A DNA stretch of 64,000 nt from Chloroflexota bacterium (GCA_016875915.1 VGOM01000010.1:959-64958); one strand, 5' to 3'. Counted from the first letter of the stretch, positions 9,341-18,821 are shown. Notes: generated by a model not told the origin, from the sequence alone. Numbers and translations are program-made.

Positions 9341-10360
9341 GTGCGCCGCAGAGACCAACCGCTGGCCGGAGATGTCCTGGCCTTCATCCGAGAGCACCGC
9401 CTGGTCCAGAGCGGAGAGCCGCTTCTGGTAGGTGTCTCTGGAGGGCCGGACTCCGTCTGCCTGCTTCATCTGCTGGCGCAGCTGCGTCGGGACCTGGGCA
9501 TCTCGCTTCACGTAGCCCATCTCAATCACATGCTGCGCGGCGGGGAATCCCATGATGACGCTGAGTATGTGGTCAAGATGGCCGGCTGCCTGGGTCTGGG
9601 CGTCACCGTGGAAGAGAGGGATGTGAGGAGCTACCGGGCCCGGCACCACCTCTCTCTGGAGGATGCGGCCCGGAGGTTGCGGTACCGGTTCTTCGCTGCT
9701 GTGGCTGATGAGGTTGGCGCAGGGGCTGTGGCGGTGGGGCATACCGCCGATGATCAGGTTGAGACCGTGCTGATGCGCCTCATTCGTGGAGCCGGGGCCA
9801 GGGGACTGCAGGGAATGCGGCCTGCCTCCAAATGGCATTCCGCGGGGGGCCAAGCCCTGACGGTGGTCCGGCCACTGCTCGGAGTGACCAGACAGAGAAC
9901 AGAGGCATACTGCCGGGACCATAGTCTCGATCCCAGAAGGGACTCGAGCAATCTCCTCGCGGATCGAATGCGAAACCGGGTCCGTCACGAACTGCTGCCC
10001 CTGCTGCGGAGCTACAATCCCAGGATCGACGAGGCCCTGCTGCGCACCGCTGAGTCATTGGCCGGGGAAGCATCCCTGGCCGAGGATCAGGTGTCCAGGG
10101 CCTGGCCTCAAGTTGTGGCCCAGGATGGTGCCGCGTTTCTGCTGCATAGGGAAGGCTTCCGGGCTCTGCCCCCGGCCGTCCAGCGCCATCTGCTCCGGGA
10201 GGTGGTCCGGAGGCTGCTCGGGGACCTTGAGGACGTGGAGTGGAAGCACATCGAGAGGATGCGGACCGGCTTCGACTTGAGGAGGGGCAAGCGGGTGGTG
10301 CTGCCCCGGCGGCTGACTCTCGTTGTGGAGAAGGACGACTGCCGGCTGAGTGCCGGCTGA
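9341..10360 (+). CDS. tilS: tRNA(Ile)-lysidine synthetase
   Basis: VSGGPDS PP-loop, HLNH.LRG, ARRLRY, GHTADDQVET, D.SN..RNRVR. Confidence 0.95.
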   Translation: MRRRDQPLAGDVLAFIREHRLVQSGEPLLVGVSGGPDSVCLLHLLAQLRRDLGISLHVAHLNHMLRGGESHDDAEYVVKMAGCLGLGVTVEERDVRSYRARHHLSLEDAARRLRYRFFAAVADEVGAGAVAVGHTADDQVETVLMRLIRGAGARGLQGMRPASKWHSAGGQALTVVRPLLGVTRQRTEAYCRDHSLDPRRDSSNLLADRMRNRVRHELLPLLRSYNPRIDEALLRTAESLAGEASLAEDQVSRAWPQVVAQDGAAFLLHREGFRALPPAVQRHLLREVVRRLLGDLEDVEWKHIERMRTGFDLRRGKRVVLPRRLTLVVEKDDCRLSAG

Positions 10361-10361
10361 C

Positions 10362-10688
10362 CTACCGCTCAGCCTGGTCTTCCTCTCCCCAGGTCTGCAT
10401 CAGCTTCTTCAGTTGCTGCGCCAGCCTGGGGCTGGACTTCAGCCGGCGAACGAAGACCGGGCAGCCCTCCAGCAGGATGTTCTGCGCCATTGAGGCCAGA
10501 TTGAGCAGCATGTTGCGGAACTCCTGCTCCCCGGATTGCCCCGGGGCAGCCCCGGGGGAGAGATGGCGCATCTCCCGGGCCAGGTCATCGACACCGACCC
10601 TCATGGGCATAACGCAGGCCTTGTACCAGGGGCATTCCTTGCACTCGATCAGGGAGGATGCTTCCTCCAGGATATCACCCATGCCCAA
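10362..10688 (-). CDS. hypothetical Cys-rich protein
   Basis: CKECPWYKAC...GCP pattern. Start overlaps the mtaB stop and has a GGAGG RBS. Confidence 0.75.
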   Translation of the reverse strand: MGMGDILEEASSLIECKECPWYKACVMPMRVGVDDLAREMRHLSPGAAPGQSGEQEFRNMLLNLASMAQNILLEGCPVFVRRLKSSPRLAQQLKKLMQTWGEEDQAER

Positions 10689-11958
10689 TGTAGCCTCCCT
10701 CGATGTTCTCGCCCAGAAGGACCTGGCCCTTCTCGGCCGTCAGCTTCACCGGCAGCAGTCGATTGCCCAGATCCTCGCTGCTCCGGGTGGACACCCGGAT
10801 GTAGTTGGCGGTCAGGCCTTCCCAGGTGCCGCCGCCTGATTCGCCTTCCCAGAGCACATTCATGGTCTGACCCAGGAACTGAAGTCTGTAATGCCGGGCA
10901 CTCTGCCGTGCCAGGGCCAGCATCCGCTGAAGGCGTCCTCTCTTCACATCGTCCGGTGTCCCGTCGGGCATCTCCGCCGCCGGGGTGCCGGGTCGCGCTG
11001 AATACGGGAAGACGTGCATGCCGGCGAAATCCATCCCGGCGCAGAACCGGTAGCTCTCCTCGAACTCCCCAGCGCTCTCTCCGGGGAAGCCCACCATGAC
11101 GTCGGTGGTCACAGACAGGGCTGGAACGGCCTCACGAATGGACTGCACGGCCCGGGCGTAGTCGGCCAGGGAGTAGGGCCGGTTCATCCGCCGCAGCGTG
11201 GACTCGCAGCCGCTCTGCAGAGGGATGTGCACGTGGGGGCAGAGACGCTCATCGGACCACAACCCCGCCAGCTCCGGGGTGAGATCGTGGGGTCGGAGAG
11301 AGGAGAGGCGCAGGCGGGTGATGTCTGTCCCGCTGAGGATGCGCTCCACCAGCCCGGCCAGTCCCTGCGGGCGCTGTCCATTCCAGGTGTATCGGCCGAT
11401 GTTGGTCCCCGTGAGGACGATCTCTCTGTGCCCCGCCGCCAGCCTCTCCCTGACATCCTGAAGGACGTCTTCCGGGGGCAGGCTCCTCTCCGGGCCCCGG
11501 ACGAGGGGGACCACGCAGAAGGAGCAGAACTGATTGCATCCAACCTGGATCTTGACCATGGAACGGGTGCGGTGCCGCCGGCCGCTGGCCGGATCCCCGG
11601 CCTGTCCGCCCCGGGGGGGCCTGATGCTCTCGACTATCTCCGCCAAGGCTTCCTTCCGGTCATGGGACAGGGCCAGATCGGCGATGCCCGACCGCTCCAG
11701 CATCCCGGGGTCTCTTTGGGCGTAGCAGCCCAGGGCCACAATCAACGCCTGGGGACTCCGCCGCCGTGCCGCTCTCAGCAGATGGCGCGACTTGCGGTCG
11801 GCGATGTGGGTCACCGTGCAGGTATTGAGGACGTACACGTCGGCTTCGTCCGTTGATTCCGTGAGCAGATACCCCCGGCTGGCCAGTTGCCGGGCCAGGG
11901 AATCGACCTCGGCCTGATTCAGTTTGCAGCCCAGGGACTCAATGGCGATCCTGCTCAT
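10675..11958 (-). CDS. mtaB: tRNA t6A37 methylthiotransferase MtaB
   Basis: LGCKLNQAE, NTCTVT and GCYAQ in the UPF0004 domain; radical SAM motif KIQ.GCNQFCSFC; HVFPYS.RPGT. Confidence 0.93.
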   Translation of the reverse strand: MSRIAIESLGCKLNQAEVDSLARQLASRGYLLTESTDEADVYVLNTCTVTHIADRKSRHLLRAARRRSPQALIVALGCYAQRDPGMLERSGIADLALSHDRKEALAEIVESIRPPRGGQAGDPASGRRHRTRSMVKIQVGCNQFCSFCVVPLVRGPERSLPPEDVLQDVRERLAAGHREIVLTGTNIGRYTWNGQRPQGLAGLVERILSGTDITRLRLSSLRPHDLTPELAGLWSDERLCPHVHIPLQSGCESTLRRMNRPYSLADYARAVQSIREAVPALSVTTDVMVGFPGESAGEFEESYRFCAGMDFAGMHVFPYSARPGTPAAEMPDGTPDDVKRGRLQRMLALARQSARHYRLQFLGQTMNVLWEGESGGGTWEGLTANYIRVSTRSSEDLGNRLLPVKLTAEKGQVLLGENIEGGYIGHG

Positions 11959-12095
11959 GTCGTGATCCCATTCTATTTCATAGTGGGACTCATGTCACGC
12001 CGGGGGAGGTGGGTGGGGGGGCAGCCCGGGAAGCGCTGGGCGGCTTCGCGGTGACACTGCCTGGCGGATGGGGGCCGGGGGCTGTCCGGTGGGGT

Positions 12096-13514
12096 CTACG
12101 TTCTCCTGTTGGGGCGGGAATCGCCGCTGGGCTTCCGGCTCTGCGCATGGTCTGCCCGGTAGTCTGGGGCGCTGATGTAGTACACCGTGCTGAGACGGAC
12201 ATCCGACAGGCGGGAACTGACCCTTCTCTCGCTTTCGTCTAGTTCGTCCAGCGAGCAGCACATGGTGACTACCATGGGCAGGCGGGCATTGTAGCGGTAG
12301 TTGATCAGTTGATACAGCTTCTCTTGTGCCCATGGTGTGCTGCTGTGCTCTCCGTAGTCATCCAGAATGAGGAGGGGGGCGCTCTTCACCCTCTCGAAGA
12401 GATCGTCATAGGTCACCTTGCTCTCCGGCCCGAAGGTTGATCTGAGGTGATCCAGGAACTCGGATACCACCACGAAGGATACCGGATGGCCCTTCTTCAG
12501 GCGGTGGTTGGCGATGGAGGCCGCTAGGTGGGTCTTGCCGCAGCCATTTTCGCCCTGGAGTATCAGCCAGCCTTCGGGCGATTCACTGAACCTGCGGGCC
12601 AGTTCGCAGGCGTGCTCCAGGTTCCTCCGCTGCTCAAGAGGCAGGTTCACCCTCTTGCAGTCGAAGTTGTCGAAGGTCATGCTCTTCAGCAGCTCCAGCC
12701 CCATGCTCCCCGAGCAGTCGAGCAGAGAAGGTTTCCTGACCTCGAGGAGGTGGATCTGGGAGAGGCCGGGGTCGGCCAGCCGGGTCCGCCACCGCTCCTC
12801 CAGCTCATCAAGAGTGGCCCCTGCGGCCACGTTAATCACCGTGGGCAGTCTGGCCTGGAAGCGGTGGTTCACGATCTGGAACAGCTTCTCCTCCGCCCAG
12901 GGCGTGCTGCTCTGGGTGCCCAGGTCGTCCAGTACCAGCAGAGGAGTGCTCTCCACTTCCGCGAAGAGCTCCTGATAGGAGGTGTCGTTGTTGCCATCGA
13001 GGGTGGACCGCAGGCGGTCGAGGAGATCAGGCGCGGCGAAGAACAGGGCCTGGTGGCCTTCTTGAAGGCGCTGATTGGCGATGGCCGCAGCCAGGTGGGT
13101 CTTGCCGCTGCCGCTCGGCCCCAGGAAGATCAACCAGCCCTGGGGATTGGCGGCGAAGGCCACGGCCGCCCGGTAGGCCCGGATGAATCTCTCCTGGTTG
13201 GCGGGGTCGTCGGTCTTGCCCTCCAGCACCAGGTTGTGGAAGGAGAGGTGTGTCAGGGCCCCCAGATTGCTGTAGGACTGAAGCCTCTCCAGACGGCTGT
13301 CGTCCAGCTTCTTCTGTGTGCACTGGCAAGGTATCAGCCGGGCGTAGTCGGGCTGGCCTGAGGGCTGCCGCGGATGAACGAATCCCGCCCCTTTGCATTG
13401 GGGACAGGGCGGCCTCTCATCCTCCGGCTCAGTGTCTGACCAGGTGGCCGTACCGCCCGCCGAGGTAGCGCTCGGGGCCCCTCTTCTTCTTAGAATCTCT
13501 CCCAGGCTCTCCAC
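12096..13514 (-). CDS. DnaC/DnaI-like helicase loader with Zn motif and two tandem AAA+ domains
   Basis: CPQCKG...PCQC; two Walker A motifs (GPSGSGKTHLA, GENGCGKTHLA) and two Walker B motifs (LVLDDLG, LILDDYG), each followed by TPWAxEKL. Lies downstream of dnaB-dnaD. Confidence 0.85.
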   Translation of the reverse strand: MESLGEILRRRGAPSATSAGGTATWSDTEPEDERPPCPQCKGAGFVHPRQPSGQPDYARLIPCQCTQKKLDDSRLERLQSYSNLGALTHLSFHNLVLEGKTDDPANQERFIRAYRAAVAFAANPQGWLIFLGPSGSGKTHLAAAIANQRLQEGHQALFFAAPDLLDRLRSTLDGNNDTSYQELFAEVESTPLLVLDDLGTQSSTPWAEEKLFQIVNHRFQARLPTVINVAAGATLDELEERWRTRLADPGLSQIHLLEVRKPSLLDCSGSMGLELLKSMTFDNFDCKRVNLPLEQRRNLEHACELARRFSESPEGWLILQGENGCGKTHLAASIANHRLKKGHPVSFVVVSEFLDHLRSTFGPESKVTYDDLFERVKSAPLLILDDYGEHSSTPWAQEKLYQLINYRYNARLPMVVTMCCSLDELDESERRVSSRLSDVRLSTVYYISAPDYRADHAQSRKPSGDSRPNRRT

Positions 13515-14139
13515 TTCCCTTGCCTTCCGCCGACCAGCGCTCCAGAATACGGGCGATGTAGCGCCAACTGCGCTTGTTCAGGGCAGCAGCCTCCCTGAAG
13601 GCGTCCTCGATCCAGGACGCCGGATAGAGGCTCTCGGCCTCCTTCAATTCATCGACAATCATGGGAGTGAGCAGTCCGATGTTCTGCTCGTACAGGGTGA
13701 AGATGTTGGCTGCCCCCGGCCTTGCGGGCGTCTGCCCGCGGGCCTGTACCGACGCCGGAGGGCCGCACTGCAGCGCGGACACGGCGCTCCTGCCGGCTTC
13801 GGTATTGACGAAGTAGGCCTCCCGGGGTTGCCCGCTGTCGTTGAGCACTGTGTGCAGGAGTGCCCCCCGGCTCACGGCCGAATCCAGAGCCTCGCGCAGG
13901 ACTGAGGCCGAAGTGGTGCTTCCGGCCAGTCCGGCGGTGAGTGTCTCATCGCTGAGAAGCTCGTCATAGGTGATGAACTTGGGGCTATCCTTCTTCTGGT
14001 ACAGCCGCCAGAAGATGTGGAGGACGACCTTCAGCTCAGTCAGGCTCTCTGTCTCCGGGAGCAGCCTGCTGAAGAAGACGTCTGGGAGCGGGGTGAGCCT
14101 GGACCTAGCCGGAAAACCTGGGAAGGGCTGGCTGGGCAA
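13429..14139 (-). CDS. dnaD: DnaD domain replication protein
   Basis: C-terminal IF.LYEQNIG.LTP...W..DAF.EA...NKRSWRYI..IL.RW (DnaB_2/DnaD motif). Confidence 0.85.
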   Translation of the reverse strand: MPSQPFPGFPARSRLTPLPDVFFSRLLPETESLTELKVVLHIFWRLYQKKDSPKFITYDELLSDETLTAGLAGSTTSASVLREALDSAVSRGALLHTVLNDSGQPREAYFVNTEAGRSAVSALQCGPPASVQARGQTPARPGAANIFTLYEQNIGLLTPMIVDELKEAESLYPASWIEDAFREAAALNKRSWRYIARILERWSAEGKGSGEPGRDSKKKRGPERYLGGRYGHLVRH

Positions 14140-15505
14140 TCTTGCTGTCCTCCACCTGGCAACTCTCGAACTTGGTGATGTGTTTCCGGAACCTCAGATT
14201 CCTGTCTTCGCAGGGGCCGTTGCGGTGCTTGGCCACCTTGATGGTGGCTATTCCTTCGGGGTAGGGTTTGTCGGGATTGTGCCTCTCCCACTCGTCGCGC
14301 TTGGCATACATGTCCTCGCGGTAGATGAACATGACCACATCAGCGTCCTGCTCAATGCTGCCGCTGTCTCTGAGATCGGAGAGCTGGGGGATGTGGGGGG
14401 TGCGCATCTCGACCGCCCGGCTCAACTGCGACACTGCGATCAGGGGAGCGTTCATCTCGCGGGCCAGTGCCTTGAGCGCCCGTGAGATGTCGCTGATCTC
14501 CTGGACCTTGTTCTCGGCCCTGGTGTCTCCCCTTATGAGCTGGAGGTAGTCTACGATGATCAGATCGATCCCCTGGTCACGGTGCAGACGGCGGGCTTTG
14601 CTCCGCATCTCCATCACCCGCGTGGTCGGCGAGTCATCGATGTAGATGGGGGCCCCGGACAGCCGGCCGGTGGCATCCATGACCCTTCTCTCCTGGGCCG
14701 GGGTGTATTGCCTTGACTTGACGTTTGATGAGTCCACCGCGGCCTCGGCGGACAGGAGACGCTGCACCAGTTGCTCCTTGGCCATCTCCAGACTGAAGAA
14801 AGCCACCTGGGCTCCCTGTTCCACCGCGGCATTCCTGGCGATGTTCAGGGCCAGACTGGACTTCCCCAGGCTGGGCCTGGCAGCCAGGACGATCATGTCG
14901 GAGCGCTGCAGTCCGCCCAGGAGCTGGTCCAGGGCGGGGAACCCGGTATTGACGTGGGGCAACTGCCCGGTTCTCTCCGACGGCTCGGCTTCGGACCCCT
15001 CCCAGTATTGCTCCAGAACGCGGCGGATGTGGACGAAGTCCCGGGGGCTCTCGCCGCGGCGCACCTTGAACAGGACGTCCTCGGCGCGGTTCAGCGCCGC
15101 ATCCAGGTCGGGCTCGGCATCGTAGCCGATGACGGCGATCTGTCCGGCGGCCGCGATGAGCCTTCGCATCACCGACAGGCGGTGGACGATCTGGGCGTAG
15201 TACTCCACATGGAGGGATGTGGGCAGCACTGAGACCAGATGGCTCAGAAAGGCCACGCCGCCGGTCTCCTCGAGCTTGCCTTGTCGGGCCAACTCCTGGG
15301 CCACCGTTATCTGGTTGATGGCCTCGCTGCGCTCGTAGAGCGACACACAGGCTTCATAGAGCCAGCGGTTCTTCTCCCTGTAGAAAGCCTCGGGTTTGAG
15401 GAAGATGGCCGTCTTGACCACGGCATCGGGATCGACCAGCAGGGAGCCAACAACCGCCTCTTCGGCTTCAATATTGTGGGGTGGCAGCTTCTCGCTATCT
15501 GCCAC
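14105..15505 (-). CDS. dnaB: replicative DNA helicase
   Basis: PPHNIEAE, LAARPSLGKS, FSLEM, IVDYLQLI, SQLSR, DLRDSGSIEQDAD, KHRNGP. No intein seen. Confidence 0.97.
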   Translation of the reverse strand: MADSEKLPPHNIEAEEAVVGSLLVDPDAVVKTAIFLKPEAFYREKNRWLYEACVSLYERSEAINQITVAQELARQGKLEETGGVAFLSHLVSVLPTSLHVEYYAQIVHRLSVMRRLIAAAGQIAVIGYDAEPDLDAALNRAEDVLFKVRRGESPRDFVHIRRVLEQYWEGSEAEPSERTGQLPHVNTGFPALDQLLGGLQRSDMIVLAARPSLGKSSLALNIARNAAVEQGAQVAFFSLEMAKEQLVQRLLSAEAAVDSSNVKSRQYTPAQERRVMDATGRLSGAPIYIDDSPTTRVMEMRSKARRLHRDQGIDLIIVDYLQLIRGDTRAENKVQEISDISRALKALAREMNAPLIAVSQLSRAVEMRTPHIPQLSDLRDSGSIEQDADVVMFIYREDMYAKRDEWERHNPDKPYPEGIATIKVAKHRNGPCEDRNLRFRKHITKFESCQVEDSKIAQPALPRFSG

Positions 15506-15954
15506 TAGTCCTCCCTGGCGACTGTTACCTTTATCTTCGGTGCCAGGTCTCTGGTCAGCCTGACCGTCAGTTCGTAGCTCCCCAGCTGGCGGATGGGTTG
15601 CTCCATCTCGATGCTGGTCCGCTCGATGTCGATCCCGGTCGTTCGCTTCAGTTCGTCGGCGATGTGGTGATCGCGAATGGACCCGTAGAGGCGGTCCTCT
15701 TCCATCACCTTGGCCTTCAGCTCGATGGAGAGCCCTTCTATGCTCTGGGCCAGCCTGGCCAGCTCATCGGCGTGTTGCTGCTGCTTCTTGACCTCTCTCC
15801 GGAGTTGGGTCTCGATGCTGTTCATCGACGACCGGACGGCTGGCAGGGCCAGATTCCTGCGGAGAAGGAAGTTCCTGGCATACCCGTCAGCCACCTCCTT
15901 CACATCTCCGGTCTTGCCCAGGCCCGCCACGTCTTTGATGAGGACGACTTTCAT
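15505..15954 (-). CDS. rplI: 50S ribosomal protein L9
   Basis: MKVVLIKDV..LGK.GDVKEVADGYARNFL and LYGSI motifs. Confidence 0.96.
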   Translation of the reverse strand: MKVVLIKDVAGLGKTGDVKEVADGYARNFLLRRNLALPAVRSSMNSIETQLRREVKKQQQHADELARLAQSIEGLSIELKAKVMEEDRLYGSIRDHHIADELKRTTGIDIERTSIEMEQPIRQLGSYELTVRLTRDLAPKIKVTVARED

Positions 15955-16160
15955 GGGCAGTATTATACCCTGCGACCTGGAAAACTGGAAGGCTGAAAAC
16001 AGGAGCATCACTGGGACGCTCCGGAGCCGGAGGCCATGGCAACAGGCTGGGGGCGGAGCCCTTCCTGATTGTGCGGGATGGGGCTTGTCAGGGCGTGTAT
16101 GTGGCCTTATCATAATGCTCAGAAGAAGAGGGAACGGATCAGACGGGAAGGAGGCACTGA

Positions 16161-16397
16161 ATGATTATGCGCTGGCTTTCATGTGGAACCGGGAATATTC
16201 ACATCGTTGGCACCTGCCCCGACTGCTACGCTACGCAGGGAGGCCTGATGCTGGGCACTGCGGTATCGGGCTATGCCGGCAGGGTGACGGCCAAGTGTGT
16301 GGACTGCGGGAAGAATATCGACTACTACGTTGATGCCAGCCAGGAGAGGATCTGGAAGCTGGACCCTGTCGAATCCAAGGGGGTGCAGCTGGGCTGA
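16161..16397 (+). CDS. small Zn-ribbon protein
   Basis: CPDC...CVDC; strong AAGGAGG RBS; upstream TATCAT/CATAAT -10-like elements. Confidence 0.7.
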   Translation: MIMRWLSCGTGNIHIVGTCPDCYATQGGLMLGTAVSGYAGRVTAKCVDCGKNIDYYVDASQERIWKLDPVESKGVQLG

Positions 16398-16626
16398 GGG
16401 CGTGACGTGCGGAGCGGGGACCGGGGCCCGTCCCGCTGATTGACGCTGGGCAAGGTGGGCCCCGAGCGTCCATCCGTGCTGCGGCTCCTCCTGTCTGTCC
16501 TACCGTTCCCCGAGAGTGAAGAGATCACCCCGGTCCCGGCCGCAGATGGCGTCTGCCGCCTGCCCTGGGGAGGGACTGAGACAACTGTTCACCCCTCACC
16601 CGTCAGAGCGACCCCGGCGAGGCCAG

Positions 16627-17595
16627 ATGGACCTCTATCTTGGTATTGACGTCGGCTCTGTCACCGCCAAGCTGGCCCTGATCCATGTGACCGGCGACGT
16701 GGCCGGCTCGGTGTATCTGCGCACCTGCGGCAATCCTATCGCTGCCGTACAGCAGGGGCTGCGGAGCGTGAAGGATATGCTCCCTGGGGGTGGCATCATC
16801 CGCGGCGTGGGCACGACCGGGAGCGCCCGGTACCTGGCAGCGGCCATAGTCGGCGCCGACGCGGTCAAGAACGAGATCTCCAGCCAGGCGGTGGCCACTG
16901 TGCGGTATGTGCCCCAGGCCCGGACCATTGTTGAGATCGGCGGCCAGGACAGCAAGATCATCATTCTGAGACAGGGGGCCGTGGCCGACTTCGCCATGAA
17001 CACGGTCTGTGCCGCCGGGACAGGCAGCTTCCTGGACCATCAGGCCTCCCGCCTCGGCCTGGACATAGGCGATTTCGGGGATCGCGCCGCCGGGAGCCAG
17101 GGGAGTGTTCGGATCTCCGGGCAGTGCACCGTCTTCGCCGAGTCCGACATGATTCAGAAGCAGCAAATGGGATATGCTGTGGACGATATCCTCTACGGAC
17201 TGTGTCAGGCTCTGGTGCGGAACTACCTCCACAACGTGGGTGCGGGCAAGGACGTGGCTTCCCCCATCGTCTTTCTGGGTGGCGTGGCTTTCAACCGGGG
17301 GATGGTCAGAGCCTTCAGGCAGATGCTGGGAACGGAGGACCTGACCGTGCCTCCCCATCATGAGGTCATGGGGGCTGTCGGGGCCGCTCTACTGGCCATG
17401 GAGGACAGCGGGCGTCGGGACGCCGGGACCAGGTTCCGCGGGTTCGGAGCGTGTGAAGCCACCTACGCCGTCTCGTCCTTTGAATGCAGCGTTTGTTCCA
17501 GTCTCTGCGAGATCGCCCAGGCCGCCGTCGACGGAGATGTCCTGGGACGCTGGGGCGGGCGCTGCGACCTGTGGAGCAGGGTGTTGACCGGCTAG
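16627..17595 (+). CDS. 2-hydroxyacyl-CoA dehydratase activase (HgdC/BadF-like ASKHA ATPase)
   Basis: GIDVGS, TTGSAR, EIGGQDSK, MNTVCAAGTGSFL, CTVFAESD, GGVAFN; C-terminal CxxCxxxC...GGRC. Confidence 0.9.
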   Translation: MDLYLGIDVGSVTAKLALIHVTGDVAGSVYLRTCGNPIAAVQQGLRSVKDMLPGGGIIRGVGTTGSARYLAAAIVGADAVKNEISSQAVATVRYVPQARTIVEIGGQDSKIIILRQGAVADFAMNTVCAAGTGSFLDHQASRLGLDIGDFGDRAAGSQGSVRISGQCTVFAESDMIQKQQMGYAVDDILYGLCQALVRNYLHNVGAGKDVASPIVFLGGVAFNRGMVRAFRQMLGTEDLTVPPHHEVMGAVGAALLAMEDSGRRDAGTRFRGFGACEATYAVSSFECSVCSSLCEIAQAAVDGDVLGRWGGRCDLWSRVLTG

Positions 17596-17613
17596 AGACA
17601 TCGGGAGGGCGCC

Positions 17614-17958
17614 TTGGCGGATCAGCAGCCGATACGGATCACCATTGTTGACGACAGCCGTGGCGAGACGTGCGAGGCGCGCTGCGGCCTGAACCTGTCA
17701 TCCCCGGAGGAGAGGCGTACCATGGCGGAGCAGCTGCGGAAGCTCTATGGAGACCGGGTGCAGCTCGACTACCATGATCTGGGAGACCCGTCGGCGTGGG
17801 ATGCCCCGGGCCTCCATCTGCCGCCGCCCGGGCAGGAAGGCTCTGACGTCTGGCGGTTCCCCTTGCTGCTGGTCAACGGCAGGCCGCGGATATCGGGCTA
17901 CTTAGATCTTCGCCTGATGCAGAACGTCATACAGGCGGAGATGGAGATGGCCGAGTGA
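17614..17958 (+). CDS. hypothetical thioredoxin-fold-like protein
   Basis: CEARC near the N-terminus and FPLLLVNG motif; likely co-transcribed with the activase. Confidence 0.6.
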   Translation: MADQQPIRITIVDDSRGETCEARCGLNLSSPEERRTMAEQLRKLYGDRVQLDYHDLGDPSAWDAPGLHLPPPGQEGSDVWRFPLLLVNGRPRISGYLDLRLMQNVIQAEMEMAE

Positions 17959-18038
17959 TGCCGGTCACCAGCCGGCGCGGCGCAGGCGACTGACCTTGAC
18001 CCTGGCGCATCCGTGTCGGGCTCACCCCGACAGTGGGC

Positions 18039-18821
18039 CTACTTGCCGCTCCAGACCGGCTTGCGCTTCTCCGTGAAGGCCCTAGGGCCCTCCTTGGCAT
18101 CCTCACTGAGGGCCAGACGCTGGCCCACCTCAACCTCCAGCCGCAGGCCCTCGGCCAGGCTCATCTCGACGCCTCTGCAGGCCAGCTCTTTGACCGCCCT
18201 GACGGCCAGAGGCCCGTTCTCGCAGATCTGCTGGGCCAGTTTCTCCGCTTCAGCCATGAGCTGGTCATAGGGGACCACCTTGTTGACCAGGCCGATGCGG
18301 TGGGCTTCCTGGGCATCGATGAAGTCGCCGGTCATGAGCATCTCCAGGGCCTTGGCGAAGGGCACCAGCCGGATCAGCTTCTGGGTGCCGCTGTTTCCCG
18401 GGATGACGCTCTGCTTCACCTCGGCCAGCCCCAGCCGGGCGCTGTCGGCGGCGATCCTGATGTCGCAGGCCATGGCCAGCTCCAGGCCGCCGCCGGTGCA
18501 GATGCCGTTGATGGCGGCTATGATCGGCTTCCAGGTCTGCAGGCCGCGCATGGGGTTGATCTCGGGCACCGGCTGGGCCGGGCGCTGGTCAACCGGCTTC
18601 TTCATCCATTCGGCGACCTCTTTCAGGTCCTGCCCGGCCGAGAAGGCCTTGTCCCCGGCCCCGGTGACGATGGCGGCCCAGACGTCAGGGTTGTCTCTGA
18701 TGTCGATCCAGGCCTTCACCAGGCCGTCCCAGACCTCGAAGTTCATGGCGTTGCGGGCCTCGGGGCGATTCAGGGTGATGTAGGCGATCCGCCCCTTCTT
18801 CTCATAGATAAGAGATGGCAT
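18039..18821 (-). CDS. enoyl-CoA hydratase/isomerase family protein
   Basis: LNRPEARNA, AFSAGQDL, IIAAING.C.GGGLELAMACD, GLAEV, EGPRAF.EKR.P. Confidence 0.93.
   Translation of the reverse strand: MPSLIYEKKGRIAYITLNRPEARNAMNFEVWDGLVKAWIDIRDNPDVWAAIVTGAGDKAFSAGQDLKEVAEWMKKPVDQRPAQPVPEINPMRGLQTWKPIIAAINGICTGGGLELAMACDIRIAADSARLGLAEVKQSVIPGNSGTQKLIRLVPFAKALEMLMTGDFIDAQEAHRIGLVNKVVPYDQLMAEAEKLAQQICENGPLAVRAVKELACRGVEMSLAEGLRLEVEVGQRLALSEDAKEGPRAFTEKRKPVWSGK

Noticed and set aside
12096-13514. IS21 IstB transposition helper
   Set aside because: No IstA transposase or terminal inverted repeats; the gene is embedded in the rplI-dnaB-dnaD operon and has a DnaI-like Zn motif.
16560-16626. TPP riboswitch suggested by GGGG...CTGAGA...ACCC
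   Set aside because: The downstream GAACCTGA...TAAT...GCGNAGG elements are missing and the downstream gene is unrelated to thiamine.
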